Positions 1 through 11,039 are shown, counted from the stretch's first letter. The stretch is DNA of 64,000 nucleotides from Haplodiscus bocki (GCA_965655095.1 OZ296654.1:71920001-71984000); one strand, 5' to 3'. The notes: generated by a model from the letters alone, not told the origin. Translations and numbers: made by a program.

Positions 1-2
1 AT

Positions 3-173
3 CTATCTTCAATGGCTGATGATAATGATGACTCTTCTAGTCCATGCCCCATATGTCCCTTCATTGACTGGGAAGCCGAAGAGGAAGACCCAGTAGATGT
101 GCCAGCTTCCAAAAGAAACAGGAAGCGAACCTGTTTTAGCGAAGGCAGTGACACAGATGAAAATGTGGCCTAA
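3..173 (+). CDS. C-terminal tail of a plus-strand ORF entering from the left of the window (acidic, with an NLS-like KRNRKR); probably a Polinton gene, possibly the pPolB tail
   Basis: Open frame LSSMADDNDDSSSPCPICPFIDWEAEEEDPVDVPASKRNRKRTCFSEGSDTDENVA*, convergent with the protease gene. Identity cannot be established from this fragment. Confidence 0.35.
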   Translation, partial: LSSMADDNDDSSSPCPICPFIDWEAEEEDPVDVPASKRNRKRTCFSEGSDTDENVA

Positions 174-247
174 AAACTAGTTAAGTTTCAACGTCTTCGC
201 AACAGAGTCTTGCCTTAAACATTAAATTCATTCCAAATCGACAATAT

Positions 248-816
248 TACCAGGTTCTATATTTATATTGACTATATTCAACATGTTCGTTAAAAAAGCG
301 TACTATATCAATTTCGAAGGTTTGCATTAAAGTCGGATTTTTTGCAGTTTGTAGACGTCGAAGGGTTTCCTGACCAGATAGTGTACTAAATACAAGCAGT
401 ACAGACCACACAGGTTAGAATGAAGATTTTGCAAGGGTGTGTTGATCGCTTGGAATCCTATGCATTTTCCGTACAGCTTCCAGAGTCTGCTGTAGAATTG
501 ATCGTAATAGCATAGAGGCCTGCCGAGGCAATCCCAAACAAAAATTCCAACGTGATCACCATTGTCGATTGCACACAGTAAAATCCAATGCTCACCGCTT
601 TTCTTTGACGGCGTGGAGTTTATTATTTGAAATTTTCTCAGTTTTGAAAATTTCAAGCTTGCTTCCTTTTTCTTTTTGTTGGGGCTGCTGGTTTTTCTGT
701 TTTTCAACGCAGTCTATCCTTCAATTAGGGAAATTGTCCGACGACCAAACGCCACCAAAAATGTGCAATGTACTGGAATACTTTGTTGCAATTTCTGCTA
801 TTGTGAAATTATCCAT
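248..816 (-). pseudogene. Polinton adenain-like cysteine (maturation) protease, frameshifted
   Basis: Catalytic motifs GEHW (His), WDCLG (Asp) and LQNLHSNLCGLYC (Gln/Cys) in ORF 327-707. The N-terminus MDNFTIAEIA...FGGVWSSDNFP starts at ATG 816, overlapping the MCP stop. The C-terminus continues in another frame to ~248. Confidence 0.9.
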
Positions 817-2214
817 CGATTAATGTATTCCTGGAGATGTTTCGGAGAGAATCGATGAACACTTGACTGAACCGCTCGCCAATTAGAAATAATTCAATTG
901 CATCTTCAAGAGCAGTGGAGAAATACAATTTCAAGGTTAGACTCGATCCAGTAAGTTCGGGAAATAAGGTTAAGCTTCTGCTAGCCTCTTCTGTTGATGT
1001 TAGATCGAAAACGAGGAAAAAACGATTGTCTTCGAAATCTTCCAATTTTACACCGTTCCCATTTTTGGTAACCCTAAGAGCCGTAAATCTATTGTAATGA
1101 AGCCTAACAGTGTTGCTCGTGTCTATTGGTGTCCCAACCAAGGGCACCCCGTTGCCGGGCTGTACTTCTACACGCTGTAAGTTGATCTTTTGGTATGAAA
1201 AAGACGAATAGTTCAAAGCTGTACTTCGAAACAGTGAAATTTTGAGCATGCACAAAGTTAACCTTCTGATTGGCTCCGTTCCAAACACGTTTTCATTCAA
1301 AAAACAGCTTTGACCTGCTTGTATGATGAAACTTCTGTTCAAATTTTCAATGTAGGGGTACATAGCCGAACTCTTCACGAGAGCTTACTCAATCGACAAT
1401 TTCACACTGTCCGTAACCACTACTTTCCTCACAAAAAGAGAAGCTTTCTCAATAATTGCTTGCACTTTACCATCAAGCGCCTTAGCTTCGTCAACGGTTC
1501 CCTTCATAAAAAGCAACGTGTTATTGGGAGAACGGAAAAGTCGTAAATGAAGTGTGACGCCGGCACCAAAAGTTTCTCGCAGTCAAAAAAGTCAATATGG
1601 AATGCTCCATAGAGCTCGGTCGTGCATTGTTTTTGGCGATCAAAATCAGCGTACAATTTATTGAACTGTTGATTTTGCTCACTTGTTTTTGCCAAGTAAT
1701 CATATCCCTGACACTTTGTCCAAGTTTGCTTTCCGTCGGTGTTAGCTGTGAGTTCGGTTTCGATGAACACAGCATGAAAAAAACAGTTGTTGCTGTGTGA
1801 AATGAGTTTCCCGTTCAAATACAATTCAGCGTGAGAGAACAATGTGTGAAGCGTGTTGTTCGGAAAAACTGTTGGATACTCATCGACTTTGGCGCGGGTC
1901 TTCCCGTCCTCCGTGTAGACGCCAACTTTTACTCTCAACAGAATACGATTCAAGTCGATCAAGTTTTTTGCTTCAGCTGTTACAAAAAAGTCCAACTGGG
2001 GGCCTCTACATCCTACATGTGGGAAAACCTCTTGATCGTAAGAACCTTCGTAATTGATTAACACGTTGGGCTTCTCAAAAAAATGCAGAGCGCTGTGAGT
2101 GACCGGGCTCGCAATTTCCATTGCACTACCAGAAAAAGTCGTTGTTGTTCCTGCTGTTGGTACGGCCGGATTGCTTGCTATTTTCCTTGGTTGTCGTTGT
2201 GGTTTCACTATCAA
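809..2214 (-). pseudogene. Polinton major capsid protein (double jelly-roll), frameshifted near 1560
   Basis: ORFs 1504-2214 and 809-1378 join through a frameshift. Motifs SALHFFE, LIDLNRILL, PNNTLHTLFSHAELYLNG, FFDCEKLLVP|GVTLHLRLFRS and FFLVFDLT...LTLKLYFSTAL...IDSLRNI match Polinton MCPs. Confidence 0.9.
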
Positions 2215-2816
2215 GCAAACTGAACTTCAGACAGAATATCTGACCGACTTCTCTTGGCGGGACTGGATTTGGAAATGATTTGTGTCGTTGTTGATTCGGA
2301 CAATGATGCTGCTGAAATGTTCAGTAGCTTTCGATTAGGACTGCCGGTCCGCCGCGGGTCTGCTCCGGCCACCCGCTTGCGCGCCATCCGGCCGCCTGGC
2401 ACCCGTCCGCCGCCGGAACGCGCCGCCCCCTGCGGTGCAACGCTGGCACTGGCCGAGCGGCCTGCAAATCTCGGCGCCGAGGTCTTTACAGTTTTCTTGG
2501 TAGCAGTCTTCGCAACATGTTTTAACAATTTGCCATTGGGTCTCTTCTTGCCGGCCAAAATCTGACCAATTTCAGGTATTGCCGCTTCCAACAAATTTTT
2601 TCCAAGTTGTTTAGCTACCGTCAGAATGTACCTCCGCACAACTGGAAGTGCCACTCTTCCGATTCGCATGGCGAACGCGCCCAAGCCACCAGCACCCGCT
2701 CCCACTTGGAGTGCGGGGCCGCTAAACGAGGTGTTTTGGTGAATTGCATGATGAAGATTGTGGTTACTTCGTATTCGAGAATGATAATGAGCATCCATCT
2801 TTTTGTGTGTGATCAC
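2211..2816 (-). CDS. Basic core/membrane-active virion protein (adenovirus pVII/pX-like) with a QxGxG protease site
   Basis: Intact 201-aa ORF with FSGPALQVGAGAGGLGAF, then amphipathic helices (VAKQLGKNLLEAA) and an Arg/Lys-rich, GC-rich tail. It lies between the penton and MCP genes, as in Polintons. Confidence 0.75.
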   Translation of the reverse strand: MITHKKMDAHYHSRIRSNHNLHHAIHQNTSFSGPALQVGAGAGGLGAFAMRIGRVALPVVRRYILTVAKQLGKNLLEAAIPEIGQILAGKKRPNGKLLKHVAKTATKKTVKTSAPRFAGRSASASVAPQGAARSGGGRVPGGRMARKRVAGADPRRTGSPNRKLLNISAASLSESTTTQIISKSSPAKRSRSDILSEVQFA

Positions 2817-2975
2817 CTAATTTAACATACATACACACGACTCATTTTTGATAATGATGATTAAACGGTTGGTACAACTGTTTGGTTCCGTGACTGATTG
2901 TCAAATGGCGTGGACTAGAGAGAAGAGGAATAATCAACCTTCTCCGCTTGGTTGTCTCTCGGTCAATCGTTCTCG

Positions 2976-4006
2976 TCAACATGGCTTTGTCCCAAGTGCC
3001 AAAGTAATGCTTGTGCAACCGCAGCTCAAAAAGGGCATCCTTTGACCCATTTCATTGACCAGAGTCAGAGTGATTGATTGAAATTGTGATTTTTATATTC
3101 GCTTCCACTGCAAGTTTGAAAAACTCCTGTGGTTCACTTCTTTCCTTTCTCGTTGGTCCGTCCATGACAAGCTTTCAAGAGGAATGGAAAGCAACACCGC
3201 AGTTTGTGTGTCACCCAGGACCTCATTTTGAACCAAGTCGCAATACAAAAACACTGTGTGATTTCCGGCTTCCAAGTCAACTGGCCACTGACCTGAGTTC
3301 TTTACAAATTCGATATCTCTTTGATTTTGCTGATCGTCTAGGCAGTTTCCATCAAAGTAATTTTTTGACTCCTGTCTCTGCTCGCCGTCTTGGCAGTCTA
3401 TGATTGTGGTCAAGCAGTATGTTTTTCAAATCCTATGATTTTGCTCGGATAACCAAACCGTTTTGCTCCAGATTCCCCCAAAACTTAACGTGAAGTTCTT
3501 GCGTCACCCTATCAACGTTCCACGAATTATTTGTTGATCGTGATGTTGTATCTGTAGGGTGCTGAGTTGTTGGCGGGAAGTTTTTCATTGTCGCACTTTT
3601 GACTATGGCCTGCATGATATCATCAATGGATGAATAGCAACCTGGCTTTATATAGCGTACTTCTGGAGCAGTGAACGTCAATGCTGGTTTCTCTGCTCTA
3701 AACTGTCGGGGCACTCTCATTGACACAATACCTGGTCGTCTGCTTGGAATATTTTTGCTCGGTGATTGATATGGCGGCGGTGACTTTGGGCGCGGCAATT
3801 TTTGAAACAGTTATTTGGCCCTCAGTTACATTGCGAACCATTGCCGACCAAGAAATCTCCAGCTAAGCCACCTGCCAATCCCCGGAGAGAGTCACAGGTG
3901 TCGGTAGGAGTGTTGTGAAACTTGACAGTTTGTTTCCTGGAAATGATTCCATGGACGCATTGGAAATTAAGTTTAGCGTGAATTCAGCACTGCCAGAAGC
4001 AGTCAT
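2976..4006 (-). pseudogene. Polinton minor capsid protein (penton), with stops and frameshifts
   Basis: N-terminus read manually from ATG 4006: MTASGSAEFTLNLISNASMESFPGNKLSSFTTLLPTPVTLSGDWQVA*LEISW. The middle has IKPGCYSSIDDI, and the C-terminus has VFLYCDLVQNEVLGDTQTAVLLSIP and TLVNEMGQRMPF, all typical penton motifs. Confidence 0.88.
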
Positions 4007-4096
4007 GTTTTGGGGAGATGTAAGTGTCTGGTTTGGACAGATTGTTGATGTTACGCGGTTTGATAATTCCAGACACGTGCGCTCGTTTGTTCTTGT

Positions 4097-5246
4097 TCAA
4101 TTAGTTGCGACAAAATTCACGAGTTCAGGTTCATAAAATTTACCTTGTATGATTTCGGTTATGTCCTTCACAACGTACGTCGGCGGATTTTTTTTAGGTA
4201 TGTGTGAAATTTTAAAAAGCTCTTCCGTGAACTGTATCCTGTAACCACGATGAAATGTTTCAATTTTCTTTCGAATGCGAACTCGGTCGCCGACTTTGAA
4301 CTTTGGTCGTTGTGGTGGCACAGTATTACAAAGAGAGATCAAGTAAGGAACGTCTTTTTGTGACACATCGATTGGAGCCAACTTAGTCATACGATTGACA
4401 CTATTGTTAATGACTGAGACAAACTTTTCAAGGTGGTCAATGTATCGATTTGTGTCACGCTCATGTAAGTATTTGAAAATGCTAGTTTTCAAGGTTCTTA
4501 TGTATGTCTCAGCCACAGCAGATTTTGTTTCGCTTCTCGTAGAGTAAATTTCTTTACGATTTTCTTTGCAAAACTTTGCGAATTCACCAGCAAACTCTTT
4601 ACCTTAATCAGCCCATATCTTTTCGGGAAATTTTTTGGTTGCACAAATTTTTGGACCATTTCGTTACCTATCAGTTGAAATAATTTTTTTTCAGCTCTTC
4701 TGAACATGCTTTAGATGTCTTAGACTTAACGCCCACGACCCATAGAAAGCGACTCAAGGTGTCGATCGCCACAAACAGATACCTAACTCACAAATTTTCT
4801 CTGGAAAGTTGTTGCATATCAGCCAAGTCAATAGACCAAACCTCATTCAGTCAATAACTGACAACTTTAAGTCTCGGAAAACGTTTTCGGGTAAGTTTAA
4901 ATTTCGTAAGTTTCACTTGAGTTCAAGTAGCGATTAACATGTTTGAGCGAGCAGTTCGTTGCCCTGGCTAAATTTAAAGGACTACCAAACGCCGTTGTTT
5001 TTTCTGGGTTTGTATAAACATCGTGAATCTTGGTATATTCAACTGTGAACGGATCATCATCTTCAATCATAACTCGACTTCTTGAACATTTTGAACATAG
5101 AAAGTTGTCATTATAATCAGTTTTGGTTTCCAACCCTGAACAAGTGAAGTGAACCCACACACATGGCATCACACCGTAGGGTTTTGTTTTGATCCTTTAC
5201 CCATCCGCTTTTGGCAGCACCCGCAGAAGCATTTCTTTGGCGCCAT
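4097..5246 (-). pseudogene. Polinton rve (DDE) integrase with an apparent N-terminal PHD finger, frameshifted
   Basis: Read across frames: YTNPEKTTAFGS, VWSIDLADMQ, YLFVAIDTLSRFLW, PEKIWAD*GKEF, TKSAVAETYIRTLK, NNSVNRMTKLAP, PKFKVGDRVRI, GKFYEPEL. Upstream Cys/His pattern CGCC...RC...WVHFTC...FLCSKC. Confidence 0.92.
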
Positions 5247-5262
5247 TTGTCGAACAGTACAT

Positions 5263-5812
5263 TCAGAGAGTCAGCCAACTGCTGGGGGCTTCAGTGTCGA
5301 GTTTGAGACGTTTGCTTGGGGATTCTAAGTACGCTGTCCGGTTTTGGATTCTAGAACTCGTCTGTCTAGCGTAAGTGTTTGCCAGCAGAAAATGCGGCAG
5401 AGCAAGTATCTCAACCAAATTGAGAATTTGTTTGGGCATTTGTTTAGTATTCACTTGGAGAGCAGTTAGGAAGTCAGTTATACCTATTGATGTCTCCTGT
5501 TCATCGAGGAAAATGTTTTGATTTATATCGTCAACGGTGACGCGGTTGTTTTTTTTGGATGGCCTTCAAGATTTGCCTTGACCGTTCAATTTTTCCTCCA
5601 GCTATTCCGGATTGAAGTAGGCCGGCTAAAACTCTGTCTGGTGTATTGTTGTGGGGATAGTCAGTGTTTACTTGTGACGTCGATGTTTCTTTTTTTTGTT
5701 TCTTCTGATCCTGAAACCTTGAGTTCAAATTGATTTGAGCAATCAACGCTTGTTACTTGTCGATAGGCGGATTCGTGGTTGCTTCACTTTCGCTGTTTAA
5801 AGAGGTTGATGC
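5263..5812 (-). pseudogene. 3' part of a conserved Polinton ORF upstream of the integrase, interrupted by the LINE
   Basis: Reads ...NIFLDEQETSIGITDFLTALQVNTKQMPKQILNLVEILALPHFLLAN...WLTL* and joins the 5' part at 10637-10790 across the TSD. Confidence 0.6.
5798..5812 (+). repeat. Left target-site duplication of the LINE
   Basis: TAAAGAGGTTGATGC, identical to 10637-10651. The empty site reads TTT/AAAG, resembling the L1-type TT/AAAA endonuclease site. Confidence 0.9.
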
Positions 5813-7156
5813 ATTTGTCTTGAGTTTTCTTATCGCGGTTTGAATTTCTATCAGTGTAATTTCTTCATCTAAAGCATTGGTTGAGTCAAGAGGTATCTTC
5901 TTACTGAATTTTCGAAGGACGTCAAACCTTTTCGAACAATCCATTTCTTCGTCAGAATAGAGACTTATATAAAAAGATGCGAACTCCTCCAAAATCACAT
6001 GAGACAGTTCCATCTGACCTTTTTAATTCACTGATAACAGTGGAAGGGTGTCTTTTATTTGCCCACTTTTCAACTTCGCGAGGGTTTCCTTCATACGTTT
6101 CCAGCATACTGTTTTTGATCGTTCTGAGTAGTTCTCCGCACTCTTCATTTTCTAGTTCTGTTAGTTGCTGTTTGGCTTCTTTTGCTTCGCTAGAGGTCTC
6201 TACGTTTTCATTTATTGCCTGGAGTAACCTTTGTCGGTATGCTCTTCTGACTCTATTTCGATTGATGCTAATGCTTCTGAGGGAGTCACGCAGCAGCTGT
6301 TTTTTGCGTCGTAGCTAATGTTAAGCTTCAGGACTGACCCAATAAGTTCTGATATGACTTTGTGATTTTTGTCTAAAATGTTGTTATTGAGTCGCCAGAC
6401 ACCAGGTCCTATCTCCATAGAAAAAGGTGCTTTCAAATGTATTTCCAATATGCTGTGATCACTGAGGTCCCTGTCATGCATAATGAAGTTTTCGATTAAA
6501 TCGGTTTTGTTTGTGAAGATATAATCAATCCGCGTATCAGTTCCTGTCTTTTTGCAGGTATGAGTGGGCGCTCTTCTTTTGCCAGTAACCGCTGCATCAT
6601 CTAATAAAAGCTCTTCGATAATAGGAATCACTTTTCGGAAAACCATAAGGTGATTATCTTTCGAAATTGTTCCAGTTGTCTGCGCGCCTTTCCGATCCTG
6701 CTTCACATTATTGTATGCATTCAGATCTCCCATTAATAAAACAGTGGTCTCTGGGTGATCTCCTGTCAGTATAAAAATAACACCGTCTCTTAGTACTTGA
6801 CAAAATTTGATGTATTCCATTTTTCGTATGTCGGTACTAATAGTAATTACGTTTTGCTTAGGAAATTTAGAGATCAGACAAGCTTCGTTTCTAAATAGTA
6901 AAAAGGACTCAAGATTGTTCGTCCAAATTGTAAGTAGTCCACCGCTCTTACCACACGATGGTTGAAAATCATAGGAGAAATTAAAAAATAAAAGACACCT
7001 CTCAATGTTTTTGTTTAGCTGTTCAGTTTTAATTTCCTGAAAACAGAAAATACATGAGTCTTTCTTTTGATTTTTCAAGGTTTTTCCAAAGAATTTGATG
7101 AGTTTCATTTCTTTATCTAAGCCATTGCAGTTCCATGTTGCAACTTTAAAAGCCAT
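5813..7156 (-). pseudogene. LINE ORF2 N-terminal half: APE-type endonuclease plus linker (inverted segment)
   Basis: MAFKVATWNCNGL, FCFQEIK, KSGGLLTIW, LLMGDLNA, TRIDYIF, LSDHSIL, GPGVWRLNNNIL. After a frameshift near 6300 it continues to FYISLYS...LDEEITLIEIQTAIRKLKTNAS, which normally lies just before the RT. Confidence 0.92.
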
Positions 7157-7173
7157 TGTTTGCTTCGGTAGCT

Positions 7174-8390
7174 TCAGACAAAGCTGATAGGTTGGTTTTG
7201 GTTGATTTCTTTCATTTTGGATTCATTCTTCTTCGACGAGTTTCTGTTGCTTCTTTGAATCATTCCAATAGACTCGAGCTTGCTTTCATTTTGCCTATCG
7301 GTTGGCTCCAGTTCAGTTTGGTTCAATTTATGTTCAGTTTCATTTCTTGTGCGTGAGATGAACTGACTCATTGTCTCTTCCTCAGCACTTTGAGTAGTTT
7401 CTTGAAATTCTGCTGGTTTGGGGCTCCGTGGCTCCTCCATGTTATCTCCAATGTGATTTCTATTGTTTTTGTCACCTGCTGACGGTAAGGGTGGATCTTC
7501 TTCACTATCATCATTTGTTTCCTGATGCGTGTATTTTTCGATTGTACGAGGCGTCATCTCTGTTGCTTCTTTAATTTGTTTGCGATTAGTGTAACTTTGT
7601 TTCTTCTCAGTCCGCTTTAATGAGAAATATGCTTCATGATGACCTCGAGCATTATTACCAAGTGTTTGGCAATATGCGCATGTCAATAATGATGGAATGT
7701 TGCAGTAGAAGTCCATCTCATATAGCTGGAAAGATTTTGTACAGCTTTGCTCTGCCCAATTTTTCAGAGCTTCTTCTTCATTTTCGTTTGACACCATAAC
7801 CTTGCCATAAGCAAAGCCTGTATAAACGAATCCTTGGTCTTCGGTTAAAAACTTTTCTTTCATAATTGGCGATAACTTCTTCACATAAGGAAAATTAATG
7901 CAGTCGTAGATATCTTCACCCTCAAAGAAATGAGGAAGCGAGCGAAAATGTACAGTTACTTCCCTCGGGAAGCTCCTTAAGGAATACTCGCGTGGGCCCC
8001 ATGCTTTGATGTGTTTCCGTCGCACATCTATGCCATTTAATTTCAATTCCAATATGCTACTTTGCATTTTTGGAGGTGCGATCAAGCGAACCGCATGCAA
8101 TTTGTTTCCATCTTTCTTTTCAATAATAGTCTTGAGAATTGTTATGTGTTTCTGTCTTCTGCCGGAAGCTTTTTCCGAAAACTTGCAACTGTTTCCGTAA
8201 AAAGATTTTGTTGTTCTTCTTTGTTTTGAAAAATTTCCCTTGTGAAAGGAAGGATAAATTCTGCTTTAATTGCCCCAAAATCCTTTTTGTCGTTCACTTG
8301 ACGTCGCTCCGTTGCTTCTGCGAAGGTCTTTTGCGCTTCTGCATTCCCTGTGCTTCCTTCACATAAATATTCTGTGGAGACTTGATACAT
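7174..8390 (-). pseudogene. LINE ORF1 (gag-like nucleic-acid chaperone) with a degenerate zinc knuckle
   Basis: ORFs 8142-8390 and 7174-8100 lie directly upstream of the endonuclease. They contain VTVHFRSLP, GFVYTG and CAYC...GHHEAY(F), followed by a charged low-complexity tail. Confidence 0.75.
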
Positions 8391-8757
8391 TTTGGATGAT
8401 TATTTCTTCTTTTTAGGTGATTCCAGCGCAAGAATGCGCAGCGGACAATGTTTTATTTGTCTTTACTTTGGTTATAATTTATTCTGTTCACACGGAATAA
8501 TTGCTCGTTTTGAGCAGTATACACAATATGCTTCGCTGTGCCTAAATAATAATAGAGTACAGGCGCGGCGAATAATTACGTAATAGCAATGGCAACTGAT
8601 CAAGATGTAACAACTTCGCGAAAACAGGTTGGAGTAACTGAGCGAACAGCATGTCATGCCTCTGGTAAAGTTCCGAAGAGAGGCCATCGGGACCGGGTAA
8701 GACCTCTAGTTGCTCTGCAAATCGAGAAAAATTTTCGCCTTTTACTAAAGTTTTCCC

Positions 8758-10552
8758 CTTCTATGATTACGTGGATTAATTAGTTAACATTCTTTCGCTC
8801 GCGGAAGCCTGGGAAGGCGGAAAACTTCCGAAGTCCTTCTCAAATGCGACGATAAAATTATTGCCTAAGAAAGCAGGACTGAAAGAAGCGAAAGATTTCC
8901 GCCCTATCAGCCTTATGAACGCTGATCAAAAAATCTTACCACATATTCTTGCCAGAAGGTTGAAGACTGTCCTACATTATGTGATCGGTGAGGAACAGGT
9001 GGCTTGTATAAAAGGACGATCAATACATAAAGGCATTCAAGATCTTGAATTTCTCCTCCAGGCGGAAGAAACCAATTGGTGCTTAGTTACGATAGACTTT
9101 GTTAAAGCATTTGATCGTGTTGACAGGGAATATATGTTTGAAATGCTTCGGAAAATTGGGTTGCCTGAACGCCTAATTACCATAATTGAAAAACTATAGC
9201 AAAACAACAGCAAATATAAGTGTGAACGGTTTTCTTAGTAACAGAAAAAAACTGGACGAGGTGTAAGACAAGGATGTCCTTTGTCGGCACTTTTGTTCAA
9301 CATTTCCTTAGAGCCGCTCTTAGATGATCTCAGACGAAATTTCTGGTACAGTTATCATGCAGAGCGAAGACTGATAGCTTATGCTGAAGATCTCTCAGTT
9401 TACGTTCACAAGAATGATTTGGAGTCTCTGTTCAAACGACTCCAAATTTTCTGCAGCGGTACGCATTTATTGATTCAACAAGGCAAATGCCACATGTACC
9501 AATGCAATCAACCAGAAACCGACGGACAAACAAAAACTCTCAAAATTCTGGGTACATTCAAAGGTGACCCGTTCTCATGTGAGCAAAAGAGTGAAGAGAT
9601 GATTGTCAAAGCACTCAACGAATCGCATCTCTTCTTCAATCGATGGATGTCATTGAGGGCAAAGGCAATTGCTATGAACACCTTTGTAATTCCAAAACTT
9701 TTGCATATAGCACGTCACCAACGAATTCGCAAACGAGTGCTTGTTGAATATAAAAGACGGAGCTTCTCTGTATTATGGGGATCCGGTAGAAAGACAGAAA
9801 TAGCTTTGTGTTTCTCAGAACGACCGGTAGGGAAAGGTGGTATCGGTTGGCCTAACCTTCTTTGTCACATTATTACAGCAAAATTGACCGACCTTCTGAC
9901 TAGCTTCTGTTCAGACTCAACTACTAGACAATAAGCTATGCACAATTGGAGAATGAAGAAACGATACCGTAGACAACTGGAAGCTGATCTCAAAATGGTC
10001 AAAATGAACATCCTGTGAATAAACGAAGAAGACGTTGTCCTAGCTAACAGGAATGAAGTTCGTTTCATATTGCGGAAGGATAAAACCTATAAAGAACTGT
10101 ACGGTTTCTGCTGGGAGTCTTCAAACAAGGAAACCTCGTGGGACATGCGAATATCGACCTCATGTCAAAAGTTCAAGCTCACGCCAAACAAGTTTCTTTC
10201 TTGTTCTAAACCGATTTGGAGGGACAAAAAACTGACCGCCTTTGAAAAAAATACTATCTACAAATTACTGTTCAACTGTATCAGGGACAAAGACGTACTA
10301 TGGAACAAAGGCGTAAAGGCGCACCCTATATGCTACCTATGTGATGTAAACTTTGAAAATCTCGAACATCTCCTCGGGGGATGCATGATAACTCAAAAAT
10401 ACTTGCAGCCCTGTGGTATCAAATCTATCGAGGACGTGTTTCAAAAACCTACAACTACTACTTTCAAAACGGTTGTAACAATTGTTGCTGGTGCCTGGGA
10501 AGACGATGCAGAAAAATGTTTGTGGAAACTAGAAACTCTTCTCAATTTGTGA
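8758..10552 (+). pseudogene. LINE ORF2 C-terminal half: reverse transcriptase plus zf-RVT/CCHC
   Basis: FYD...WEGGKLPKSFSNATIKLLPKK, DFRPISLMNADQKIL, IDFVKAFDRVD, RGVRQGCPLSALLF, YAED (mutated YADD), KILG, KGGIG, CYLCDVNFENLEHLLGGC. Several stops and frameshifts. Confidence 0.93.
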
Positions 10553-10636
10553 TTGAATGTTCTGTAATATTCATTAATTGTATGATTTAGGTTTATTATA
10601 GCAGTTTGTATTTTAGTAATTCAGATCTTTACATAC

Positions 10637-10651
10637 TAAAGAGGTTGATGC
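10637..10651 (+). repeat. Right target-site duplication of the LINE
   Basis: TAAAGAGGTTGATGC directly after a short AT-rich 3' UTR, with no long poly(A). Confidence 0.9.
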
Positions 10652-10790
10652 TGGTACCTGAGCGAGGAAATGCTGCTTGTTTTTCGCAATAATCCAGACG
10701 TTTGCTTTCGTGTTGTGGTTGATTTTTCAGAAAGCAGTACTCGTCGTTAGTTATTAGAAAAAACTCTTTAAGGCTACCGTTTGATGTCAT
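10637..10790 (-). pseudogene. 5' part of the LINE-interrupted Polinton ORF
   Basis: ATG at 10790 (MTSNGSLKEFFLITNDEY...) overlaps the end of ORF 10774-10992 and, with one frameshift, reads through the TSD into ...PASTSLNSESEATTNPP. Confidence 0.55.
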
Positions 10791-11010
10791 GGTAAGACGC
10801 TAAATGACCTAGCACCGACGGAAGAAGGAATTTCAATAAACGAAAACCTCTAGGAGAAGCCAACATCTGACGCTTACGTTGGAGTGAAATGTTTTTCTTT
10901 GAACAGAGAGTCGCTATAATGCTCTTTTCTCGTGAAAGTGTTGATATTTTTGCTTGCATATTTTTCTCTAGTTTGACATTTCCTTTTATCACGTTAAAGA
11001 TGCAGTCGTT
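10774..11010 (-). pseudogene. Small conserved basic Polinton protein downstream of the ATPase (N-terminus truncated)
   Basis: DCIFNVIKGNVKL...KSIIATLCSKKNISLQRKRQML...GFRLLKFLLPSVL resembles the CxxNxxKGNV...SLxxKRxxL pattern of a conserved Polinton ORF. Confidence 0.6.
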
Positions 11011-11039
11011 TCAGTGTGAGAGGAAAATTATTGTACAAA

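Larger units (their letters stand above)
5813..10636. mobile_element. L1/Tx1-clade non-LTR retrotransposon, near full length, with a 5' inversion (5' half on minus, 3' half on plus)
   Basis: Flanked by the 15-bp direct repeat TAAAGAGGTTGATGC (5798-5812 and 10637-10651). ORF1 and the APE endonuclease are on minus; the RT and C-terminal CCHC are on plus. Confidence 0.92.

Noticed and set aside
2254-2565. Plus-strand GC-rich ORF
   Set aside because: Antisense shadow of the Arg/Ala/Gly-rich core-protein gene.
6212-10552. Two independent LINEs inserted back to back
   Set aside because: The halves are complementary and non-overlapping, break at the same point of ORF2 and share a single 15-bp TSD.
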